A DNA stretch of 64,000 bases from positions 4,718-68,717 of the forward strand of contig JAJZNK010000025.1 of the NCBI GenBank assembly GCA_021811735.1, given 5' to 3'. The translations under genes were made by a program, and so were the position numbers. The notes below the pieces were generated by a model. It searched no databases. It had not been told where the DNA came from and saw only the letters and a list, made by a program, of their open reading frames with translations. Below are positions 36,176-43,973 of the stretch, piece by piece. Source of the DNA: Nanobdellota archaeon. GTDB taxonomy: Archaea; Nanobdellota; Nanobdellia; Parvarchaeales; Parvarchaeaceae. How positions within the stretch are numbered: position 1 is the first letter of the stretch; each line of letters begins with the position of its first letter.

Positions 36176-37702
36176 ATGACATTCTTCAGGGAAAAGATAG
36201 AGGAAAGAGAGTATCAAGAAAAAATATTCGATGCTTGCAAGGCTGGTAACACCTTAGTGGTTCTTCCAACAGGATTGGGTAAAACAATAATAAGTGCGAT
36301 GCTTGTAGATCACAGGCTTCAAAAATACCCTAACTCCAGGGCGCTTTTTCTGGCGCCGACTAAACCCCTACTAAATCAGCACATGAGGACATTCTCCGAA
36401 CTTATGAACTTAAAACTCGGCATAGCGAGCGGATCCGTTTCTGGCAAGGAAAGGGAGAAATTATATTCTGAATCTCAGCTAGTATTTGCAACACCTCAGA
36501 CAATCGGAAATGACATGGAAAAAGGCAGGATAGACTTTTCTAATTTTAGCTTGCTAATAGTAGACGAAGCGCATCATACCGTAGGCAACTATTCTTATGT
36601 GAAGATCGCAAAGGAATACCTGCAGGCAAGTGTTCATCCACTTATACTCGGGTTGACGGCCTCCCCTGCCTCCGAGCGTGAAAAGATTAGGACAATATGC
36701 AGCAATCTTCAGATAACAAATGTGGAGATAAGATCGGAGGAAGACAGTGACGTCATACCATATATAAAGAGGAAGGAAGTAGAAGAAGTAAAAGTCGATC
36801 TTTCAAGCGATCTGATAGATCTGGCGAACCGAGTCAAAATAATGATAAAGGATTCTATAATCGAACTGCAGAGTGCCGGGTTACTTAAGAACACAATGCA
36901 GAGCAAGATTAACCGTGTTACCATACTACTCCTTCAGAAAAGTTTACAGAGACAGATGTTCAGTGGCAAGAGGTCATTCTATCTTATACGCGGTATAATA
37001 CTGACATCGAAACTGCTAAAACTTTATCATGCATATAATCTGGTAGCTACTCAGAGTCTATCAGCTTTCTTTAATTTTCTGCTAAAGATAGAATCCGGAA
37101 AGGCAAAAACAGATAAGGAACTCGCATCCGATCCCAAGTTCATCTATTTAAGAGAGCGTGCCGAAGAGCTGCTAAATAACGGCGTAGAGCATCCTAAGCT
37201 TGAGAAACTTGTCTATCTTCTTGGTAGTTATTTTTCAGAGGATAAGAAGGCAATAATATTCGCGCAGTACCGGGATACGGTCGATGCAATTTACAGCCGC
37301 ATACGTGTTTTAAATGGAGTCAGACCCGTAAAATTCATAGGCCAAGGTAAGGGGGGGTTGTCGCAGAAGGAACAAATAAGTATAATAAAAGATTTTGAGG
37401 AGGGGGTGTACAACGTTCTTGTCTCTACAAGCGTAAGTGAGGAGGGGATGTCGATAAAAGGAGTAGACATCGCGGTCTTCTATGAGACTATTCCAAGCGC
37501 AATAAGAAACATACAGAGAAGAGGAAGAGTGGGCAGGTTTGCAGCAGGAAGGATATTCATACTCATAACCAGCGGCACGAACGACGAGGGGTATTATTGG
37601 CTTTCGAAGAGGAGAGAAAAGAGCATGAAAAGAATAATAAAGAACATAAAGGAAAATCCGGAAACGATAAGGCAGGATGGAACTTTAAAACCTTTTGCTT
37701 AA
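36176..37702 (+). CDS. hef: Hef/FANCM-family superfamily-2 helicase (helicase domains only, no ERCC4 nuclease domain)
   Basis: REYQEKIF, LPTGLGKT, IVDEAHH, LGLTASP and QRRGRVGR motifs. ATG directly follows the GINS stop. Confidence 0.8.
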   Translation: MTFFREKIEEREYQEKIFDACKAGNTLVVLPTGLGKTIISAMLVDHRLQKYPNSRALFLAPTKPLLNQHMRTFSELMNLKLGIASGSVSGKEREKLYSESQLVFATPQTIGNDMEKGRIDFSNFSLLIVDEAHHTVGNYSYVKIAKEYLQASVHPLILGLTASPASEREKIRTICSNLQITNVEIRSEEDSDVIPYIKRKEVEEVKVDLSSDLIDLANRVKIMIKDSIIELQSAGLLKNTMQSKINRVTILLLQKSLQRQMFSGKRSFYLIRGIILTSKLLKLYHAYNLVATQSLSAFFNFLLKIESGKAKTDKELASDPKFIYLRERAEELLNNGVEHPKLEKLVYLLGSYFSEDKKAIIFAQYRDTVDAIYSRIRVLNGVRPVKFIGQGKGGLSQKEQISIIKDFEEGVYNVLVSTSVSEEGMSIKGVDIAVFYETIPSAIRNIQRRGRVGRFAAGRIFILITSGTNDEGYYWLSKRREKSMKRIIKNIKENPETIRQDGTLKPFA

Positions 37703-38172
37703 GTAGAAAATATCTCAGATTCGCACGTTCCTCCAGCAGTATAGACTATTCCATCTATTGAAACTTTGCTTCCGGAAGTGTTGCCCAAGACTATCGTGTT
37801 TATAGTCGTGTCTAAAATTTTAACAGTTTTCGAGAATGAGTTCACGCCCACAGAATAGTTCCCCACTGGCTCCACCTCAGATGGGTCAGCGCCGTTTACA
37901 TTATTCATATATACTTTGTACAGAAGTCCGGGTGTTCCCTCATATACAGATACCTTAAACGTATTAGGATTCGCGGTTGTGCTGATGTTGGTCACATTTA
38001 CGGTGCATGGAGAGGGTGTGCCGTTTCCCGACGATATAACTCCAGATGGTAGTAATGAAAAGTGAAAAACGGAACTTGCTATTGCTAATCCTAGTATGAG
38101 AAACGATATAAAAAGTATTATCTTTATAAAATACTCTACCTCACTCGCACCCTTTATTTTGTTACTGCGCAT
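37699..38172 (-). CDS. type IV pilin-like protein (last gene of five-gene operon)
   Basis: MRSNKIKGA-SEVEYFIKIILFISFLILGLAIA class III-like signal. Beta-rich S/T/N/G mature part, 2 Cys. Confidence 0.6.
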   Translation of the reverse strand: MRSNKIKGASEVEYFIKIILFISFLILGLAIASSVFHFSLLPSGVISSGNGTPSPCTVNVTNISTTANPNTFKVSVYEGTPGLLYKVYMNNVNGADPSEVEPVGNYSVGVNSFSKTVKILDTTINTIVLGNTSGSKVSIDGIVYTAGGTCESEIFST

Positions 38173-39626
38173 ATGTACACCAGGTTTCTCCCTAGAAAGT
38201 TCGGTTTCGTCAATCCAATCTCCTGTGGCAACGAACTAAAGAAATAGTAAAGAGATTGACCGCACTGTTCCAAGCCAGTGGTATAAAGGGATGTATAAAG
38301 TAGCTTTCCAGTGTAAGTATATGCATTTGGTGCTATTTTATTTTTACAAAACGTATTGTTCACACAGTTGGCGTATGCAAATCCGGTAAGAGCCGCTCCC
38401 ACTATAAGTCCGGGGTTGGAGGGTGAAAGCATTTTTGCAGTTACCCCAGATATTACTGCTCTGCTGCATTCATATTGTATCCCTGACGTCGGGTAATTGT
38501 TAAGGAATGTCGCTGGCTGGCATTCGCTTGGAAGAGAGATAGTGTTAGGGGCAAATCGCGTCCCAACAAGAGAATTCAGGTAGACTATGTACAGCTGCGC
38601 ATTGTTTATCAATTTGCTACTGTTAGGATTTACAAAACTGCTCTGGCTCGAGTTACTAAGATTCTTGTAGCTGAAAATGAGGTTGTCACCAGGCTTAAGG
38701 TAAGATGCGTACGATTGATTTATTACAGACGTGCTTTTCACAGGTTCGGTCAGTGTGCACGATGGTGGAGCTTCGTAAGATTTCGTAATACTGTCATATC
38801 CAACCGTGCAGTTATTTCCGCTACAGAAATTCGTGTAAAGATCTGTACATACTGCAGTGTTCCCAGTGGAATTCGAGCACGTATTCAATACTGGGTTGAA
38901 TGAGCAGCCTTGCGAGGATTCGCACAAGTAGTTTGTAAGATTTGCCTCAGCGGTAGGCTGTCCGTTTCCGTAAAGCGGGATATATCTTTTACTATAGTCT
39001 GTGCTGAAAGAATAGCCCTGTGAACTGCTGCATTTGAAATAATTAGATGATTGGGCTTCACATAAGTTTGGACTGCTTAAATCGCAGGTAAACCCATTCG
39101 GGTTACTGTTGGAAAGCGGATTTGAACATGATTGGGCAGCAGTGTGATTGAGACAGCTTATCTGTAAAGTGTAAGCATTCGTTTCCAGATATTGGGTCAG
39201 ATTGTTTATGGTAAGTTTTTGGTTGGTGTTTATGTCAACGACACCGCATGTTGCAGGTCCATTTTGCAACACGGTAAGCCCTTGATTAGCCCCATATTGG
39301 TTCCAGCATGAAGTAAGCTGTGTCGCAGTGCCAGAAAATACCTGAGAAGCGGTGGATCCCGGCCCATACGCGCTGGTGGAAGTAGTGCATCCGAATAAAG
39401 GAGGTGCTATACCGATACTGTTCAATGTACTGCTTAGGCAGAAAAACTGCGAAACACATAATCCATTATAATAAAAATTTGTAAACTCTGAGCTAACATA
39501 GCATAATCCACTGTTCGAGAGATTTACACCAACTAGAAGGAGGTAACCAGCGACAGCTACTATTACTATTATGAATATGACTCCTAAGATTATAAATATG
39601 AAGCCTTCTCCGGGCGTTTCTGCCAT
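38154..39626 (-). CDS. large Cys-rich secreted/pilin-like protein, unknown family
   Basis: MAETPGEG-FIFIILGVIFIIVIVAVAGYLLL N-terminal helix. 490 aa, about 24 Cys and at least 10 N-x-S/T sequons by hand count. Confidence 0.55.
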   Translation of the reverse strand: MAETPGEGFIFIILGVIFIIVIVAVAGYLLLVGVNLSNSGLCYVSSEFTNFYYNGLCVSQFFCLSSTLNSIGIAPPLFGCTTSTSAYGPGSTASQVFSGTATQLTSCWNQYGANQGLTVLQNGPATCGVVDINTNQKLTINNLTQYLETNAYTLQISCLNHTAAQSCSNPLSNSNPNGFTCDLSSPNLCEAQSSNYFKCSSSQGYSFSTDYSKRYIPLYGNGQPTAEANLTNYLCESSQGCSFNPVLNTCSNSTGNTAVCTDLYTNFCSGNNCTVGYDSITKSYEAPPSCTLTEPVKSTSVINQSYASYLKPGDNLIFSYKNLSNSSQSSFVNPNSSKLINNAQLYIVYLNSLVGTRFAPNTISLPSECQPATFLNNYPTSGIQYECSRAVISGVTAKMLSPSNPGLIVGAALTGFAYANCVNNTFCKNKIAPNAYTYTGKLLYTSLYTTGLEQCGQSLYYFFSSLPQEIGLTKPNFLGRNLVYICAVTK

Positions 39627-39668
39627 AGTTAATTACTGCGTTTATAAAATAAATACAGTGCTTAATGC

Positions 39669-40559
39669 CTACGCTTGAGGTATACAGATAAAAACCCTGC
39701 TTTGGCTGTAAACCATGTAATTACTTAGTGTCCCACAGAGTGGCACGAAATAATTACAACCTGAGCTTTCAGTTAGTATGTTTTGGGAAGGGTTTCCGTT
39801 GCTTAAGGAGCTTACGGTCTCCGTCGTCTGGTTTGCTGTCTGGTTTGAATAGTCGCAGACAGCAGGATTATTTATCAGTGGCTGATCGTAAGTAGAAGTA
39901 TATCTGCACTGGTTTTGGAAACTTATCTGACAGTTTGCTATCCCTCCACTTGGATATCCGAAATAGGTTACAACGTAGCTGCCGTTCAATAACTTGTCAG
40001 AGGGAGATATATATTGTGCGTTACCGTTGCTCCCGTTCGTTATAAACACTATTTGCAATGGATAACTCCCTGCGTAATTATTGTCAGTGTAGTTTATAAT
40101 CGAAAGATAGTTAATGTTTTTGTTCGGATTTATTATCGAGCCCTTATAACAGTTGAACATCTGGTTTAAGTTTTTAGCAGATATCACCTGCGAGCCTGTC
40201 ACGGCGTTTCCTCCAGAGAACAGGCTAAAGCACGACGAAGCCTGAGTGTAAAACTGGCTGGCGAAGCTGTAGGCGGATTTTTCATTGATATTCGCAGACT
40301 GCAGACAGTTCCTCTGTACTTGTGCAGACTGGGTTGGGCTGATTAAAACGTTCGAAAAACCTAAAAAGTACGTAGCCGATGTGAACGGCGAAAGAAAAGT
40401 GTTTACTATTTTATACTGCGTGAATGACGTAAAGCAACTTAGTCCGAAACTCAGCGTCCCAAATGATGTTATAACCGAAAATGAAACCACAGATAGCACT
40501 ATTCCGGCTATTACGACAAGGATGACAAAGACAATGGTTAAAAGTATTCCCTCTTCCAT
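39669..40559 (-). CDS. Cys-rich secreted/pilin-like protein, unknown family
   Basis: MEEG-ILLTIVFVILVVIAGIVLSVV N-terminal helix. 296 aa, 10 Cys, N/S/T-rich. Confidence 0.5.
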   Translation of the reverse strand: MEEGILLTIVFVILVVIAGIVLSVVSFSVITSFGTLSFGLSCFTSFTQYKIVNTFLSPFTSATYFLGFSNVLISPTQSAQVQRNCLQSANINEKSAYSFASQFYTQASSCFSLFSGGNAVTGSQVISAKNLNQMFNCYKGSIINPNKNINYLSIINYTDNNYAGSYPLQIVFITNGSNGNAQYISPSDKLLNGSYVVTYFGYPSGGIANCQISFQNQCRYTSTYDQPLINNPAVCDYSNQTANQTTETVSSLSNGNPSQNILTESSGCNYFVPLCGTLSNYMVYSQSRVFICIPQA

Positions 40560-40717
40560 TATGACCCTCCTAAAAGATTACCGAAATAGGAAAAGGGAGA
40601 ACTGCTGTGCGCAGAGGTATAGAAAAGCATGACTACTATGGATATCGCAACGAGTGCGGTTATTATCACGAGTACTATCCATATCAGTCTCCATTCAACG
40701 CTTGCTTTTCTGTTCAT
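40559..40717 (-). CDS. 52-aa pilin-like micro-ORF (absent from track)
   Basis: Hand translation: MNRKASVEWRLIWIVLVIITALVAISIVVMLFYTSAHSSSPFSYFGNLLGGS. Starts 1 nt after the upstream stop; its TAA overlaps the next ATG. Confidence 0.45.
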   Translation of the reverse strand: MNRKASVEWRLIWIVLVIITALVAISIVVMLFYTSAHSSSPFSYFGNLLGGS

Positions 40718-40718
40718 A

Positions 40719-41228
40719 TCACTGACCAACGCACGGAGGACAGTAAGGTCCGTCTCCTGCTACGCATGAAGGTATATTTATTGCGCAGTTTTGTATGTCA
40801 GTAGCATTGTTTGCGATAATTGTGCTGTCAGCACAGCTTTCCAATGCGGCTGTATTTGTAGGGGATATCGTGCTACACGCATTTGTGATGTTAGAACTAG
40901 GACTTGCTATACAGTTTTGAACAGCTATCTGGCTTCCTTTCCCATTTATGTAGTTATAATAATAACACCAGTGTCTTATACAAGTCTGCTGGGCAGTAGC
41001 TGCATTGAAACAGGCGTTCGTACCATAGCATCTGAAGAGAGGAGTGCCCTCCAGTCTGTTCGCATAGCCGTATTCCGCGCTCGTAAATTGGTTCTGGAGA
41101 AGGTTTGTAGCCGAATCGCAGCCTACTGGAAAGATGGATGAGTAATTACCATAAAACAAGAAAAACATTGTTAGTGACACAACTATCCCAAGTAGTATCT
41201 CGAAGAAAAGGAACTGCTCTGCATCCAT
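40719..41228 (-). CDS. Cys-rich secreted/pilin-like protein (first gene of operon)
   Basis: MDAEQ-FLFFEILLGIVVSLTMFFLF (F1/E5-like spacing if cleaved after Q). 169 aa, 12 Cys including C-terminal CVAGDGPYCPPC. Confidence 0.5.
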   Translation of the reverse strand: MDAEQFLFFEILLGIVVSLTMFFLFYGNYSSIFPVGCDSATNLLQNQFTSAEYGYANRLEGTPLFRCYGTNACFNAATAQQTCIRHWCYYYNYINGKGSQIAVQNCIASPSSNITNACSTISPTNTAALESCADSTIIANNATDIQNCAINIPSCVAGDGPYCPPCVGQ

Positions 41229-41274
41229 CTAATCCTTAGTATACATTAGTTTAAATTGTTTTTTTAGTTGCTGT

Positions 41275-41682
41275 TTATATCTTGATTTTGTCCACTAGAA
41301 TCACTTCAAACCACTTGTTCTTTCCGTCCTCAATAAGAAAGTAGGATCCTACAACTTCCATGTTCTTGAAGACTTTTAGAGCACGGTTACGGGCTATACC
41401 TTCTTTGCTCACCGCTAGCTTGTAGTATATTCCGCTTTTACTCGGCCGTCTTGCATGGTTTGCCCTCGGCCTTCTGAAATCTCCCTTCCCAACTCTTACC
41501 CTGACGGTTATGTAACCTTGCTTTGCCTTGTACCCGACAGACTTTGCCCTCGTTATTTTGGTAGGCTTTTCTATCCTTTGCACTATCGGTTGATTTCTCA
41601 CATCTTGCAGTATTTCTCTCTTTCTTTCTTCATTCTTATACAAGGCGATCTCATTTGCATGTATATACTTAAATGATCCCAT
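41275..41682 (-). CDS. rpl15e: 50S ribosomal protein eL15, C-terminally short
   Basis: SVGYKAKQGYITVRVRVGKGDFRRPR and SYFLIEDGKNKWFEVILVD match the eL15 core. 135 aa; ends right after the EVILVD block. Confidence 0.8.
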   Translation of the reverse strand: MGSFKYIHANEIALYKNEERKREILQDVRNQPIVQRIEKPTKITRAKSVGYKAKQGYITVRVRVGKGDFRRPRANHARRPSKSGIYYKLAVSKEGIARNRALKVFKNMEVVGSYFLIEDGKNKWFEVILVDKIKI

Positions 41683-41724
41683 AAATGATATCTTAAAATC
41701 TATGAGTATAAATATCTAACTCTA

Positions 41725-42159
41725 TCAGTTTATGATATTTCCTCTCGATGCTATAACTGGGGAAAAGGAAAGGTTCGTAGGAGTATAATAAATGTATCCG
41801 CTTCCAGAGAAGGAATTTCCGAAAGAAACTGATGTTAGATTGCATTGGGTCGTTTCCAGCGCCGGAAGATAGGTTTTCGAGCACACAAAATTCGTGTAGT
41901 TCACACCATTCACTATGAGAGATATTGCTTTGATTTTGATGTTCTCATTTAGTAAATTCTGAAATGATATGTAATATAGAGATTTCGACTGAAAGTATCC
42001 TTGTTTGATTCCAAATCCGGAAAATCCAGAGTAGCTTGGAGTAGAAGTGATTCCAGTAATGCCTGGGAAAAGAGTGAATATTATATAGAAGATAGAGCCC
42101 ACTACTGCGAGGGCTATGCTGTACTCTAATACCATCTCGAGAGATTCCTGTCCTTTCAT
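41725..42159 (-). CDS. type IV pilin-like protein
   Basis: From ATG 42159: MKGQ-ESLEMVLEYSIALAVVGSIFYIIFTLF. The track's longer ORF (to 42231) would run into the tRNA gene. Confidence 0.6.
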   Translation of the reverse strand: MKGQESLEMVLEYSIALAVVGSIFYIIFTLFPGITGITSTPSYSGFSGFGIKQGYFQSKSLYYISFQNLLNENIKIKAISLIVNGVNYTNFVCSKTYLPALETTQCNLTSVSFGNSFSGSGYIYYTPTNLSFSPVIASRGNIIN

Positions 42160-42206
42160 AATCTTTAATAAATCCCGAGAAATATAAGTATAACTTTGGG
42201 TAATCA

Positions 42207-42278
42207 AGCCTTGGGTGGGTTTCGAACCCACAACCTCCTGCTTACGAAGCAGATGCTCTGCCGTTGAGCTACCAAGGC
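42207..42278 (-). tRNA. tRNA-Thr (anticodon CGU)
   Basis: Hand fold: GCCUUGG UA GCUC-AACGGCA-GAGC A UCUGC-UUCGUAA-GCAGG AGGUU GUGGG-UUCGAAA-CCCAC CCAAGGC U. Canonical cloverleaf. Confidence 0.9.
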
Positions 42279-42279
42279 C

Positions 42280-42450
42280 TCATTTGAATCCTACTTGCCG
42301 GTTTATTTCCGTTTTGTACCTGTTTTCGCTCACTATATACTTTCTTACTTCTAATGTAAAGCCACAGGAAAAACATTTTACTGTTTTTAATGAGGATGTC
42401 TTGCGGTATTTTCCGCATTTTGGGCATCTTATAATGCGATATACTGTCAT
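42280..42450 (-). CDS. 56-aa zinc-ribbon protein (absent from track)
   Basis: Hand translation: MTVYRIIRCPKCGKYRKTSSLKTVKCFSCGFTLEVRKYIVSENRYKTEINRQVGFK. ATGA overlap with the minD stop. Its stop is 1 nt from the tRNA 5' end. Confidence 0.55.
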   Translation of the reverse strand: MTVYRIIRCPKCGKYRKTSSLKTVKCFSCGFTLEVRKYIVSENRYKTEINRQVGFK

Positions 42451-43166
42451 AACTTAATAATATTTTTTGCAATGCTTGTTATATCTCTGGAAGCCTCGCT
42501 CTTCGGTAACGAGATCACTGCAGGTATCCCCTGCCGTAATGCGTTGTAGACACCATTGTCTTCCCTTATCTTCCAGATATTGCCTATTTTTGTAAGTTGT
42601 TCCGCTTCCTTTACCGTTATCTGTTCTTTTATTCTACTGTTGGTTTTGTTTATTATCATCCCAATTATTTTTATGCCAGAATCATCAAGCTCCTCTTTTA
42701 TTTTCTTGGCTTCTATAATTGAGGTTATATCTGGGTTACAGACAATTAGGCTGTTTGCATTCTTTATCGCTTTTATGAAGGCTATATCATATGAAGGCTT
42801 AGAATCGATTACTATGAAATCATACATATCTTTGATCTGCTCAAGATAAACGTTCATGTTTATCAGTTTGTTTGCAGCCCTGTCAGCAGCCACGTTAGTT
42901 ACTCTAGAAGGGATAAGGTGAAAATTTTCATCGTCGCCCTTGTATATAACATCCTCTAGTTTTACTCGTTCATTTAAGAGATCCTCTAAAGAGTACTTGA
43001 AGCCTACAAATCCATAGTATATTGCGACATGTGGAGTTTCCAAGTTGGCATCTATTAGGAGAGTTTTCTTTCCAAGTATGGAAATCGCAGTGGCTAGATT
43101 AACCGCAGTAGTTGTCTTGCCTACGCCCCCCTTTGGGCTCATAACAACGATAACCTTTGTGGACAT
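42447..43166 (-). CDS. minD: MinD/ParA-family P-loop ATPase
   Basis: Deviant Walker A SPKGGVGKTTTAVNLA. 239 aa. Confidence 0.85.
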   Translation of the reverse strand: MSTKVIVVMSPKGGVGKTTTAVNLATAISILGKKTLLIDANLETPHVAIYYGFVGFKYSLEDLLNERVKLEDVIYKGDDENFHLIPSRVTNVAADRAANKLINMNVYLEQIKDMYDFIVIDSKPSYDIAFIKAIKNANSLIVCNPDITSIIEAKKIKEELDDSGIKIIGMIINKTNSRIKEQITVKEAEQLTKIGNIWKIREDNGVYNALRQGIPAVISLPKSEASRDITSIAKNIIKL

Positions 43167-43198
43167 ACTATATAATAAAAAGCCGTTTATTAATATTT

Positions 43199-43723
43199 AT
43201 GGATAATTTTAAAACGTGCGCGGTTTGCGGCAAAAAAGCAGCTTTTCATTCAGCGTATTTAAAACAGGAGTTCTGTAAGAAGCACTTTGAGAGAATGCTG
43301 ATGAGACGAATCAGGAGCAACATGGTTTCTAACGGTATGCGAGGCCATGTATTCCATCTTTTAAATGAAAATCCGTGTGGTTTCGATCTTCTTGACTTTT
43401 TATTCGTAGAGAAGAGTGGCAGTAAAAAGATTGATTTAAGTTCACACACTCTTGAGGACTTTGCCATTGCTGTAATGAAGTACTTTCTCTTCCACGAAGA
43501 GTCTAAGATAAGGATAAGAGGAAAAGACAGATTCAGTCCGCTGTTTAATGTTTCGGAGGATGAGATATTCTCATTTTTTTCGCTTAAGAACAAGTCAGTT
43601 GCCAAAAACCGAAGGAGGGGCAAGGATCAGTCCGTGATTGATTTTCTGTCAGAAATCGAGAAAAGGCGGCCAGGAGGTATGATCTCCCTTGTAAAAGCCG
43701 GCATAGAACTAGAAATCATTTAA
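43199..43723 (+). CDS. zinc-finger protein resembling the N-terminus of TtuA/Ncs6 tRNA thiolases but lacking a PP-loop
   Basis: From ATG 43199: MDNFKTCAVCGKKAAFHSAYLKQEFCKKHF.., a CxxC...CxxH finger. No SGGxDS motif or Fe-S cysteines downstream. Confidence 0.4.
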   Translation: MDNFKTCAVCGKKAAFHSAYLKQEFCKKHFERMLMRRIRSNMVSNGMRGHVFHLLNENPCGFDLLDFLFVEKSGSKKIDLSSHTLEDFAIAVMKYFLFHEESKIRIRGKDRFSPLFNVSEDEIFSFFSLKNKSVAKNRRRGKDQSVIDFLSEIEKRRPGGMISLVKAGIELEII

Positions 43724-43973
43724 GTCTATAATAATTTTTTCTAGCAGTGTGTCCCCAACTAAAATTTCCTAGCTCATTTTTGCTTTCCACACCTACTTTT
43801 CCATGTTTAAGTGCAGTATAAAGATAGTGGTAAACCAATCTGCTAGAGACATTTTTCCCATTTTTCTTCAGCTCCTTGTAGACTTCGTAACCGGTTTTTT
43901 CACCGTCTGACAATGCGTTTATTACCGCTTCCATTAACTCATTGTCAATCTTTCTTGCCATATTCATGTGCAC
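43716..43973 (-). CDS. small winged-helix (PadR-like) DNA-binding protein
   Basis: 85 aa. LSDGEKTGYEVYKELKKNG..VSSRLVYHYLYTALKHGKV fits a wHTH pattern. Confidence 0.5.
   Translation of the reverse strand: MHMNMARKIDNELMEAVINALSDGEKTGYEVYKELKKNGKNVSSRLVYHYLYTALKHGKVGVESKNELGNFSWGHTARKNYYRLK

Noticed and set aside
40285-41141. Plus-strand ORFs 40285-40632, 40607-40804 and 40791-41141
   Set aside because: They are antisense shadows of the minus-strand pilin-like operon, which has coherent signal-helix N-termini and coupled junctions.
42215-42472. Track ORFs 42215-42457(+) and 42269-42472(-)
   Set aside because: Both run across the tRNA-Thr(CGU) gene. The region is better explained by the tRNA plus a 56-aa zinc-ribbon ORF in another frame.
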